Positions 25,928-38,171 of a stretch of DNA of 57,663 bases are shown here, in pieces; the stretch's first letter is position 1, and every line of letters begins with the position of its first letter. The stretch spans positions 1,111,536-1,169,198 of the forward strand of contig NMRA01000064.1 in NCBI GenBank assembly GCA_002633005.1, given 5' to 3'. Below the pieces are notes generated by a model. That model was given only the letters and a program-made list of their open reading frames with translations, searched no databases and had not been told where the DNA came from. This DNA is from Phoronis australis. Taxonomy: Eukaryota > Animalia > Phoronida. A program made the translations under genes and the position numbers.

Positions 25928-27078
25928 AACAAGAGCAACGCGGAGCGTTGAAATGCGCCCACGAAGGCAACTCAAATGGTGTTCTTCTAGGGTTGTTTAT
26001 TTGTGTTATAAAAATGGCCACTAGATGGCGCATAAACGTCAAATGCGTCATGAAAATCAGTCATGGAAATTCAGAGAAACAAAGGAATATGGAAAAATAT
26101 AAAATTGTCACTAGGGGACACAGCGTTCGTTGGATCCGCCTGAAAGTCGTAGTCGTTTGTTAGCTTCATAAAAACACACTTACTAAATTTAATAAAGATC
26201 CTGCAGTGGGTTTAGGAGATACAGCTATGGGCGCAAAACAAAACTATCTCTAGGTGGCGTCACAGTAGTCGAAGTCTTCATCGTCAACCGTTCTCTTCAT
26301 ACTGAGAAGATATACACCAATTTTCGAAATCAACCTTTGTATGGTTTTAGAGGGATAGATGCTGCCGAAGACAGCAAAAATGGCCACTAGGTGGCGCAAA
26401 ATACACCGATTTTATCCAAAAATGGGAGTATAGCGTCATCTCACCAACGGAAGCCTATAATAATTCCAAATTTTGTGAAAATCCGATGAGGACCTTTGAA
26501 GATACAGAGGTAAACGTAAAAAACAAAAATTGCCACTAGAGGGCACACTGGTAGTCAGATTCGTTCGAAAGTCGTCCTCGTCCGTTGTCAGCATCATATA
26601 AATACACTTGCTTATAAATTTAGTAAAGAGAGGAGATACAGCCATGGGGTCATAAAAAACAAAACTGCCACTAGGAGGCGCCACAGTAGTCGAAGTTGGA
26701 AAATAATCGTCAGTTATCCTCTTTATAGTAAGAACATACATGCCAATTTTCACAACCATCCTTAGAGCGGTTTGGTTGATAGAGGGGTGGACGCCAAAAA
26801 CAGACGCGAAAACAGCGGCGCAAACTACATCGAATCCATCCGAAAAAGGGGAGGATCGCGTCATCTCACTAATAGATGCCTATATGCCAAATTTTATGAA
26901 AATCCGTTGAGGACCAGAGATACAGAGGTAAACGTAAAAAACTAAAATTGCCACCAGGGCACACTGGTAGTCGAATCCGTCCAAACGTTCGCGCATGCCG
27001 TACCATTCATGAAAGAAACACATGTGCAAAATTTCATGAACATGCGTCAAAAAGTTTTTGGAGATATAGCTGCGGACG
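25928..27078 (-). mobile_element. Non-autonomous Helentron-like (HINE/DINE-1-type) element with internal satellite, 5' truncated
   Basis: AACAAGAG end, hairpin CAACGC-GGA-GCGTTG, subterminal ATGCGCCCAC and degenerate ~140 bp units with CCACTAGRKGGC. Same family as 43249-44660. Confidence 0.7.
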
Positions 27079-27426
27079 CTCAACTTCAACCCAGAACTGT
27101 AGGGTTGCGGTTCTAATTTGAGCAAGAATTGACCTACAAGGCCGAGTTCAATCTAACTGCACGTAAGGCTCAACCTCAAAAACATTCTTCATCAAAACAG
27201 GTTCTTAACTTTGGTTTCGAACGACATTCAAACAGATACCAATTACACGCCAAATCTTGCAAAATATTCTCACAGTGAGATAGAATAACTGAGCGCAACT
27301 GATGAAAACAATCCAAAATCCCTAATTCGTCAAAAACGTTGAAAACTTCAGAAGACTAATTATTAGTGCAGGTTGTGTAATCCCACCAAAATATTCGAAA
27401 AGTTAGTCTATCTTCGTCGGAATTAA

Positions 27427-30385
27427 TTTTTTTAATACATCTTATTTCTAAATACACTAATATTTACAAACAATAAAATCTTTGTAAATGAAACACAGGC
27501 AAACACACACACGCACACACACATATCTAAATAATAGAAATTCACGGTTGGTCTAAAGTAAATAGGCATTGATGGTTTCCCAAAAGGCAGTTTTGCGGGG
27601 TTGTATATTCCTCACTTTACAATAATTATACAAAAAACATTGAAATTTTGAATATGTAGGAATAATCTGGCATCTAGAAAATTTGTGGATGAAATACTGG
27701 CAAAAAGTTAATATGGTTACCGTATTGATATCTTCAAAATTACATCCAAAATATGCTGTCAAAATAACATTTTTACCTAAGATTAAATCGTCTTGTGCAG
27801 TTACGTAAATTAAAAGTTTCTGAATTTCACACCACAAGGTTTTCACAGAACCACATTCCACAAACATATGGTTAAAAGTCTCAACAGTTCCACAAGATGC
27901 ACACTTGTCATCACTTACTAGGTTCATCTTTTTCAAAATAATTTTTGTAAATACTTTTCTATGAATATAGAAGTACTTAAAGGTTTCAACATAAGCAAAT
28001 TTGTGTGGAAGAACATACATTTGTTTAATTCGTTGTCTAGAGTAAATGTCAGTTAAGCTGTACTCTTTATCAGCAGGCAAAACAATTTTGGAAAGTAAAA
28101 TATTTCTAGAAAACGCATTATAATTTGGCTTGAGTGGGGATGTATGCATTTTGAAATCGAAGGATCAGCTTTCAAATTAATCGCACGTCTCAAAGCAGCA
28201 TAATGAATCCAATTGAAAGCTTATATCTATTTTTCAAAACCTCCCATGTCAGAAATTTATTTTGAAAATTGAAAAGATCCTTCCCAAAAGTAATACCAGC
28301 CTCAAAGAAACTATTAAAGAATAAAGTCCTCCTATTAATCAATAAGTTTTTGTTATTCCACACTACTTGGTTTACAATTGTTATGTCCTTATGGAAATGC
28401 GCACTAATTTCTTCCCAAGCAATCAAGATGTCAAGACAGAAGGTATCAACATTTGCAAGAGACAGCAGTTTACAATCATAATTTGATTCAAAGATCAAAA
28501 TACCTCCATATGTTTTAAAAACATACCCTGGAAACACTTTGAAAACTTCATTGTTTCCATCTAAGCAACGCGTAACCCACTTAACTGATAATGACTTGTA
28601 CGTAATATTTATATCAGGAACTGACAAACCACAATTTTCATGGGTATTTACAGCCACATTTTTTAATTTTAGGTGGTTTATTTTTCCAAACCAAATCTTT
28701 TATCACAGTATTTATCTTAGCTCTACGTTCGCTGTCAATTCCTAAATTGCTCATCACAAAAATTATTTTAGACAGCGCAAATGTTTTAATTACATTGATC
28801 CTTCCTAACAATGAAATATTGCGACTTTTCAAGATATCAAGAGACTTTTTAAAGGACTTAATTTTGAGTTCAAGATTTAAAAAGTCATTTTCTTTTTTGT
28901 TATGACTAGAAAATATTTCCAGACTCTTGACTGGTTTGCCAGTCCATTTGAAGCCATAAAGTGGTTCAGAACACTCTTTTTCTCGACCTAAATATAACCC
29001 TTCACATTTCTTAATATTTAGCTGGAGAACAGAGAGTAAACCAAAATGTTCTAAAAATTTGAGATAATTCATGCCAGAATTTTTGTCATGAAGAAATAAG
29101 GTAGTGTCATCTGCGTACTGGAGAATCTTAACTTCAGTTTTCTCAACACTTATGCCTTTAATTAAATTACACTTTCGTATATAATTGGCCATAACTTCAA
29201 CAGCTAGGCAAAATAATGGACCCGACAATGAATCACCCTGTCTTACAACCCTTTTCTAAACGAAAATAATCTGTTGTAAAACCATTATTGACAACACAAG
29301 CTGTTGGTTTGTTGTAGATTATTTCTACCCATCGTGTAAAACCCTGTCCAAAATTAAAAGCCTTCAAAGCTTGAAAAATAAAGTCCCATTTTATTGTATC
29401 ATATGCCTTGCAAAAGTCCAAAAATAAAATGTGTCCTTGACCATCAGTAATGTTTGTATAAGAAATTATTTCCTGAATGATGCGAATATTGTATCCTATA
29501 TATAGTCCTTTAACAGCTGTTTGACCTGGGTGAACCAGTTTTCCCATGATATTATTTACACGGGCTGTAAGAACTTTTGTAAATATTTTATAATCAGTAT
29601 TCGATAGAGATATTGAATGTTCTTTGCAGCTTCAAAATCAAAATCACTGGATGGTACATCTCTGGCGATATTCAAAAGATCTGGTATAGTGGATGGTGTT
29701 TCCATTTGACGATCTGTGAAAACAGGGGAGTAATAATGAGTCAATTCTGACCTGATTTCAGCATGATTTCTTATCAAGTGGCCATCTTTATTTTTAAGGA
29801 TACTTATACACTTTTTTTAAAATTTATTTTCTCCAACGAGGCAAAAACTTTTGGGCTACTCTCCCCTTCCTCAATTAATTGGGCTTTACTTCTTAACATT
29901 TGTCCACGTACTCTATGAGTTTGTATACGTTGCAAATTGGACTTGGCTCTTTCCAAATTCTGTACAATTCCATCATCAATTCTACCATCATTTAGTTCGC
30001 CTGTCAAGTTGTTGATAATTTCAATCTATTTCTCTTCCTCAACATTTTCTAATTTCTTTTTTCTTTTCGAGTATCTCATAGTACAGTATATTCCCTTATT
30101 TTCATTTCAACTATTTCCCATTTGGTATGTTTATTACTTAGATAAACATACTCTTCAACACAGGTATTTATAATTATTTTTAAGTGAGTTACATTATTCT
30201 TCATCTTCTAAAGGACTATTATTAATTTTCCATAATCCAGGCCCTTTCGGTACAGAATCTTTAAGTGAGCAATGACGTTTGACTACCGAGTGATCCGTTA
30301 TAACTTTTAATGAAACAATTGAGATGATCTTTGAGGTTCTTTAAACCAACCAGTAGTCAGTTCTGCTTTGTAATCTGTAGGAATT
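27427..30385 (-). mobile_element. L1/Tx1-clade LINE, 5'-truncated degenerate ORF2
   Basis: Endonuclease tail SRTDYWLV/TDHS, GPGLWKINNS, RT motifs LDFCKAYD and QYADDTTLF, C-terminal CxxC..ETxxHxFxEC, and an A-rich 3' end. Many frameshifts. Confidence 0.92.
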
Positions 30386-30399
30386 GTTATGCCATGTAT

Positions 30400-31815
30400 A
30401 TTGTTTTTGCCTGGATTCTGAAATCTCCAAACGCCATATAGATGGAAAGACTCTGCAAACCCTTTAAGCTTGTCAATATTAAGTTTAAGCTAACCATTGT
30501 CATCAATTGGGAAACCACTTCGTCGGAATTAATAACACGATTCCACATTTTTAAAAGATCTATTTTCTGCCTAACACTGGGAAATTCTAACCCCAAGTCA
30601 TCCATAACAACATGATTAGAAGCAAATTTGCGAAAGCCCAAGAAAAATCGCGCTGCTCTATTCTGAATGACATCATAATCCTGTAAACTAGAGCCACATC
30701 ATATTTTTATTCTTTGTAAATTTATTAATTAAAGCGCCTAAAGCTCTCCCGGCAGATTCGTACAGTTTTAGCAGTTTCAGAAAACATCAAATGTTCATTT
30801 AAAATTACTCCTAAATACTTTGGGTACATAGTCTAGGTCTAGTCTACCCAACCGAAACGGATATCGACTGCGAGAGACATGCTTGGACCTGACGTGAATA
30901 GTATTAGTTTTCTGCTGATTGACAATTAGCCTCCATTTAGAGTACCATTTGACAACTATATTCAATAAACCATGTAAATGTTCTTCGCTCTCGGCAAGTT
31001 CTGCTTTATCAACCCCATAAAATAAAGCCGAAACATTATCAGCACTAATAGGAATTCCTAAATTTGACTATTTTGATTCTGTTGCCAACTCATTTATAAA
31101 TAGTGTGAAAAGGGTAGGAGATAAAACGTCTCCTTGTTTGACCCCACAAGGTGTGTAAAACCAGTCTGTAAAGGTATTATTAATATTAACACAGGATTGA
31201 TTTTCGGCATAGATATTTTTAACCGATTCATAAAACTTCCCAACTATCTTCAGATCCAGCATTTTAAAAACTTAACTATTTCTATATACCCAGTCAAAGG
31301 CTTTTTGCATATCAATAAAAGTTGCAAATGTGGATTGTTTGTTCAAGCCGTTACGAATAACCGAGGTCAAAACAAAGACATGATCAACACATGCTCTGTC
31401 ACGACTAAAGTCATTTTGCCCATCAACAAGAAGTCCGTTTTCTTCCGCATACTCAACCAGTCTATTATTCAATTGACTACTACATAACTTGTCAGCATAC
31501 GTTGGACAATAAGCTGATACCACTATAACTCAGCGGGACATGCGGGTCCGCTTCTCTAACCCCTTTGAACATGCCATAATAACGTATTTAGCCCATCAAC
31601 TAGGAATTATACCGTGACAAAAAACATTTGGAACAAATAAGTCAAAAGACCCGTTTACTTCATTGTGGGTAATTTTTTATTCAACATACTATAATCAAGA
31701 TTATGTAACGACTCGAGATCAGAAGCTGCTGTTTTTTAGAAGCTTACTGTATCAGCATAAAATTCCCGGTCCAGTTGGACCATTGCACAACGATTCATAC
31801 TCATTCTTCCATTTA
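30400..31815 (-). mobile_element. Second degenerate non-LTR retrotransposon (RT region; clade uncertain)
   Basis: FATFIDMQKAFDWV, GVKQGDVLSPTLFTLFINEL, YLGVILNEHL and IQNRAARFFLG, broken by stops and frameshifts. Confidence 0.88.
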
Positions 31816-31819
31816 TTAA

Positions 31820-33498
31820 AGGAGCATGCCACCCAAAACACAACCTAATTTCTATCAATTTAGATCAAGTAGTTCTTCTCCATAACGACACGTACGGTTG
31901 CGTTACCTGACACCTGACGGCAGACGGAGGTGTAGAAATTATCCAATGACGTCATCGGTTTCACACACAGTCTGTTCAGCAGTTCACAACACGGGTTACT
32001 GGTGTCAGCTTATCGCTTGAAGTCATCGTTTAACACCAATAAATCATCAAACTTCGATGTAAAACCCTTAAAAATACACCGAGTTCTTACAAAAACGTGT
32101 TGTTTTATTTCGCTCTTACGGATTTATTGGTATTTGGACACACCGTAGCCTACAAAGTTCGGCAGGACAATAAGGTCCGTAGCAGGAGTTTGGGGTGTGT
32201 TCGGAGATAATTTCGAAGTATTTTCCGTGAGATACAGACAGGAGAACCTAGATCTGTGTTGTTTAGACTTGTGATTTTTTGAGTTCTAAACACAAAACGC
32301 TTGTTATCCTGGCCAGTGGCTCGGAGCCCGATCAGGCCCGTCGCGGCCGGCCGGATTGACTCGTTATCCCGGCCAGTGGCTCGGAAACTGATCAGACATC
32401 ACGAACATAAACCAGCCAAAGTTCAGTGGAAACTAAACTTCCAGTCAAGAAAATACTATACTAGTGAGCCAAAGTAATGTGCACCTGATTATGTTGGTGA
32501 ATTAGCCACGAAACTGCAAATCTACTTACTCGTCGGGGGCCGCGAATTCAGGTTCCGCTTTGGCCACAGCACCGTCAGGGCAGAAGTTGTACATTGACAA
32601 TCATTATTTGAGTAATGTAAATGTAAATAAAGATTCCCCTAACACCTGGCCGTGGGATGGAAATCGAGTTGTTTCACAACAGTTTCTGCCAGCAAACACT
32701 AAATTAGCATGAGCTCACACGGCCTCGGTGTCCCGTCAATTAGTTTTATTGCACCTAAAGCCGGTAACGCAGTGATTTATTCATTGCTGGCTTCTCAAAT
32801 CATTTGCACTCACGAACACTCCAAAGGCATTACAAATTGCATCTAATGAGACAGACTTTGTTTCAGTTTTATATAAGTATTGGTTAGGGTGAGAATAATT
32901 CATTTTGAAACAGAACGCTCAGTAATAAACGCCAACATGGCAACTCGCAATCCCGACTTAGGACGAGCTAGAGCTCATCAGTCCCGACTTCGCAGGTGGA
33001 TCGTTAAGTTTTACAGGCTATCAATTCGAACAGGAATACAGTGATGAAGAAATACTAGAGAGGCGCCGTGAACAAGCCCAGACAACGGAACGTATACGGA
33101 GTTCTTTGATAAGCCGGCATTCGTGAGGCACTGTCGACGTCTGCAGGTCACAGACACGGAGATGTTTCACGGCCTCATACTTGCTATTTACAGCATACAT
33201 TTCATTCTTCACTACCATGAGCCACTTCCTAAGCATTTCGGACTCTCGAGGAAGTAAAAAAACGATATACCCGCTTTCCTCGCAGCTGCTTAGTTCGAAC
33301 AAGCGGGAATGATGCACCGCAACATAGCGGCATTCACTCTGCATATGAACCACTGACGTCGCAAGCGTCGTTTCTCACCTTCCTCACCTGTTAACGCGAC
33401 ACCTCTTGGCAAGGTAAGGTCGACCGTATGCAAGGCGATGTGGATATAGACCGATTAAGACGGCAAAAAAGGCTAATTAAATCGGGTGGCATTCTCCT
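31820..33498 (-). mobile_element. Kolobok-like non-autonomous DNA transposon with THAP remnant, copy 1
   Basis: TTAA|AGGAGCATGCCACCC ... GGGTGGCATTCTCCT|TTAA. A degenerate THAP frame starts at 33333 (LPRESEMLRKWL...LRVCDL). Confidence 0.8.
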
Positions 33499-33534
33499 TT
33501 AAAAACATACTGGTTTTGGGTATTCTCTTTTTAA

Positions 33535-33876
33535 AGGAGGGGCCCAAATGTTTAATATATTTCCAAAATTCTGCTGGGCTATTGAAATTTAAAGATTCTC
33601 TATGGTCAGCCTGATCTCTCAAAAAATTTCTATCTGTTCTCTAGTGAACTTTATCAAATAGTACCTGAACATTTTGAAATTGGCGTCTGAGTAAAGAGCG
33701 TTCTTCTCGAGAGCCGCATTTCAAAAACATTTTCCTTGAAACTTACAGCTTTCCAAAGCTCGGACAATTCATCACACCAATAGGGTGTCAGGTAAAAGAA
33801 CTGAATTTGGTGTTATCGAGTGGAACTACTCGATTTAAATTAATACAAAATATGTTGCTTTTGGTGACATTCTCCT
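33535..33876 (+). mobile_element. Short (~340 bp) member of the same TTAA/AGG family
   Basis: TTAA|AGGAG ... GGTGACATTCTCCT|TTAA. The last ~80 bp match the 3' end of the long copies. Confidence 0.65.
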
Positions 33877-35798
33877 TTAACGACATTAAGAGACTAAAAC
33901 CATACCCCCCTAACAGTACCCACGGAAATGATTTCCCAAGCTTCCTAGAGTAGATTAGGACTTGACAAACAGGAACGACATACCAAAAAAGACACTGAAA
34001 GAAGACACACGGTACGTAGCATAGGTTCATGCTCCTTCCTCAGCCAATCAACTAAAAACGCCGCAATTGATGGGAATATTTACTCTCATCATTCAAAAAA
34101 TTACTATAAACCTAAATATATAAAAACAAAACGACAAACACTAAACACCTTGAACGGGAGATACCGGATGACAGGTTTAAAGCTGTTTTCTGCAAATGTG
34201 ATGGATAAACCTGTTCAAGTGCCGTTGAGGCGAGCGATTACATAACACGTCCAAAATCAGTATCACCCGGCCGGCGGCCAAATACATTCAATGTTATTCA
34301 ACGACACTGCACCAACAAGTTTCTTGACCATTGAAACACAGTTTGAAGATTGTACAGTACAACAATACACTTAATTTGCAATAGGGAAAAAGAAACAACC
34401 GGAAATGCAACAAGTGCGCGGTCTCATAGTACAGTCAGTACCAGAAAGATGTTTGGTAGCTCCTGAGCTTGGCAATGAGTTCAAATACAGCCACACAAGA
34501 CAGAGTCACCAACACCTAAGAAACAGGAAAGTAATTGCATTACCCCAGTCCATGTAATACATGTATGTCCGACCGTCATGTGTCCAAGAACTTTGAATTC
34601 TGATCTATTCAATCATGCTTCAAATACAACGGGCTGTCTTTTTGGTAAAGTTTGTCAAAGACATCTTTGTGAACATTCTTGATTATTTTCCTGTATCCAA
34701 TACATTCATTTCTGGCAATATAATCGGACGTTTGCCGGTTATGCCGCCTTTTTTCTGTGGCCAAGACTTCTGCTGATGTCAATTTCGTGGCAAGTGACAA
34801 AATGATGCTGTATATACTATCAGTCGCTCCCTAAGTTTTACTCATTCGAGAAATTGAAAGACTACTACACTGGCTATCTTCCTGCATATCATCCTAATCC
34901 TTATCTGTTCCGTAGCTTCCTTGCACAGTTTTCACTTCACTTTCAAGAGCCTTTAATTATCTTTTCATCATTTTTTCAGTAAAGTTTTCTTTTAAATGAG
35001 CTCCAATCCTTCGTAACTCTTCCCCCTGGCATGCCACTCAGTAGTCCATTGAATACCAGTTTTGAGTACCCCGGTTGTCCATTAAACACCAGTTCTTTTC
35101 GAGGTCTAGTAGGAAAGCAGCTCTGACCATTCCGCTCAGTTTCTGAAGTCCAGCGTCCGTATGTTGGGGTAGGTTTCTGCGGACGGCCATTTAACAAGTG
35201 TGCAGCAGTTTGTTTACGTTAACAGCTTCGCGTTTGATTTACCACAGTGCTAAGCCGTCTGGCTGTCTGTGAGTGGAATGCGCCTGAGCATCCGACTATT
35301 TCAACTGTTGCATTTTTGTCATTTAATTTTGTTAGTTAATTTTGAATTATCTTATGTCGACCACAACGGTATGGTCAAAATCGGCCCACAATAGTCAAAA
35401 TACGCGTACATTCCATATTAAAACAAGGTACGCATTCCCGTGGAATTGCAATAATGCGCGTAAAGTTAATGTTATTACATTTCGTGTAATTGCCGTGGGC
35501 TTTAGGGTGATTTTTTAAATTGTTACAACAAGACTTTGTGTAACCATCTGACATTTTAGGCATGCAAAAATCCGACTTCCCGAATAGAGAAGTAAAGGAG
35601 TCTGTAACTTAAATACTTGGATTTTTTGTTATGGGACCCCTGATAGTGGAAAAAATAAAATTGCAACACTATACCAAGAAACAAAGCGAGCGGTACAGAC
35701 GTGACAGACACAATCTGCACACTTTAAAACAGTTCCGTTTAAGAACACCACTGTCTGTGACCTGGCATACAGATGTTCTCATGCTGGGTCGTAGTTAA

Positions 35799-37480
35799 AG
35801 GAGAATGCCACCCCATTTAATCAGTCCTTTTTACCATCTTAGTCGGTCTATATCCACGTTGCCGCTTATACGCTCGACCTCACCTTTCCGAGAGGTGTCG
35901 CGTTAACCTGTGAGGAAGGTGAGAAGTGACGCAGCGACGTCAGTGGTTCGTCTGCGGAATGAATGCCGCTATGTTGCGATGCATCGCTTCCCGCTTGTCC
36001 GAACTATAAAGCTGCAAAGAAAGCGGGTATATCGTTTTTTCGACTTCCTCGAGAGCCCGAAAGTTTAGGAAGTGGCTCGCGGAAGTGAAGAATGAAAGGT
36101 ATGCTGTTAATAGCAAGTATGAGGCCGGGAAACATCTCCGTTTCTGTGGCTGGCATTTCGTCGACATTGATTTCTATGACGAATTCCGGATTACCAAAGA
36201 ACTATCCGTTGCCTATGCATGTTCACGATGCCTCTCTAGTATTTCTTGATCAGTGTATTCCGGTTCGAACTGATAGTCTGTTAAACCTAACGATCCGTGA
36301 TGTCTTCGTCGGATGAGCTCTTGACTGAGTCGGGATTGGCGCCGGGCGAGTTGCCATGTACACGTTAATTATTCTGCGTTCTGTTTCAAAATTAATTATT
36401 CTCATCCTAAAATGATCCTAACCAATGCTAATATGAAACTGAAACAAAGTCTGTCTCATTAGATACAATTTGTTATGCCTTGGAGTGCTCGTGAGTGCAA
36501 ATGTTTTGAGAAGCCAGCAATATGAATAAACCACTGCGTTACCGGCTTTTGAGGCCGGCAACAAAGGTAATTGACCGGGCATAGAGGCCGTGTGAGCGCA
36601 AAGTGTTTGCTGACAGAAACCTGTTGTGAAACAATTACTGATTTTATATGCTATTGTCACATGTTACGGGAATCTTTATTTAGAAATACAAATACATTAT
36701 TCAAATCATTGTTAACTTACTGTACAACCGCTGCCCTGACGGTCTGTGGAAGGGGAACCCGACTTCGCAGCCCCCGACATGTAGATTTTCAGTTTCGTGG
36801 CTAATCCACATGAATAATTACGTGCACATTATTTCTTTGGCTCACTAGTCTTTTCGTGACTGGAGGTTTAGTTTTCAACTCAAGCTGGTTTATGTTCGTG
36901 CATTCCCGGGCCTGATCGGGTTCAGAGCCACTGGCCGGGATAACGAGTCAGTCCGGCCGCGACGGGCCTGATCGGGTTCCGAGCCACTGGCCGGGATAAC
37001 AAGCGTTTTGTGTATTTAGAACTAAAAAAATCACAAGTATAAACAATACAGATCTAGGTTCTCCTGTCTGTATTTCACGGAAGAATACTTCGAATTTATC
37101 TCCGAACAGACCCCAAACTCCTGCTACGGACCTTGGTAAATTGGCCTGCCGAACTTTGTAGGCTACGGTGTTTCCAAATACCAGTAAATCCGTAACAGCA
37201 AAATAAAACAACACGTTTTTATAAGACCTCGGTGTATTTTTAAGGGTTTTACATCGAAGTTTGTTGATTTATTGGTGTTAAACGATGAATTCAAGCGATA
37301 AGCTGACACCACTAACTCGTGTTGTGAACTGCTGAACAGACTGCGTGTGAAACCAATTTCGCCATTGGATAATTTGAACATCTCCGTCTGCCGTCACCTG
37401 TCAGGTAACGCAACCGAACCTGACGTTATCGAGTAGAACTACTAGATATAAATTGATACAAAATTGATTGTTTTTTGGTG
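35799..37480 (+). mobile_element. Kolobok-like element copy 2, inverted relative to copy 1, lacking about 14 terminal bases
   Basis: Starts TTAA|AGGAGAATGCCACCC and is reverse-complement homologous to 31820-33498 along its length. Confidence 0.8.
35963..36250 (+). pseudogene. THAP-domain pseudogene within the Kolobok-like element
   Basis: MPLCCDASLPACPNYKAAKKAGISFFRLPREPE / frameshift / FRKWLAEVKNE...HLRFCGWHFVDIDF shows the C2CH THAP signature with conserved P, W and F. Confidence 0.8.
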
Positions 37481-37850
37481 TAAACAACCTACCTCAGTGG
37501 ACCGAGCTCAGACCCTAAGTGAAATGCGCCTTTTTTAGACTTACAGTGGGATTTTTGCTTGCATATCAGTTACAGCCAAGTGAAACAGTATTAAATATAA
37601 ATTTGACACGCCACGACCTGTTTGCATTTTATAAATCAAGAAAGGGAACATCCATCGGTTACGTAAGCGCCCCTATTCATCAAGATTTTATATCTAAATT
37701 CATACTGTTCAGAATTCTATATATTTCAACATACATTCCGAAAGCTGGTATTACGTTCTTAATGCCCAAACAAAGTAGAGCACTTTCCTAGAGGCGACAA
37801 AAAGACAACAGAACCGGTTCAGTAGATATTTATTACAAGCATATGACTTC

Positions 37851-38171
37851 CTAAAACGGCTCCGCAGAGGGTAATGTATTACCCTCAATTCTAAAATGTC
37901 TTGGTCTGTTTACGTCAACTTCTAGCCTATTAAAATTGGCAAGACGTTTCGATCGGTCATTTCTCCTGCCATTACCAGGTGTTACAGCGTATACGGTACA
38001 TGTTGGGCTCCTCACTCTCGACACTTGGCCACTATGACCCCCATGTAACTTCATTGGGAATCTGCTTAATACTTTTGTCTTGCTTATTGTTATGGAGGGC
38101 TTGCCAGTTGTCGGGTTGGCTGTTTCAGTGCTGGGACTGTCGGTCAGTCGGATACATCGAGTAGTAGCCAC
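37851..38171 (-). pseudogene. Candidate disrupted final exon of GT7 copy B
   Basis: Acceptor ctctacAG at 38173-38172 gives (R)WLLLDVSD*. A GT7-like tail KRLANFNRLEVDVNRP...* follows at 37851-37950 in another frame. The DGL motif is missing between them. Confidence 0.5.

Noticed and set aside
26436-27125. ORFs of 142 and 81 aa (also 43947-44432)
   Set aside because: They are chance frames through the HINE satellite units and are not conserved between the two copies.
31820-37480. One giant transposon or Polinton with 1.7 kb TIRs
   Set aside because: The left arm has its own TIR pair and TTAA on both sides, the right arm has its own TTAA start, the arms are clearly diverged and the spacer has no recognisable transposase or polymerase. 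These are separate insertions.
38000-38045. tRNA gene
   Set aside because: Only an A-box-like stretch is present; there is no B-box or cloverleaf.
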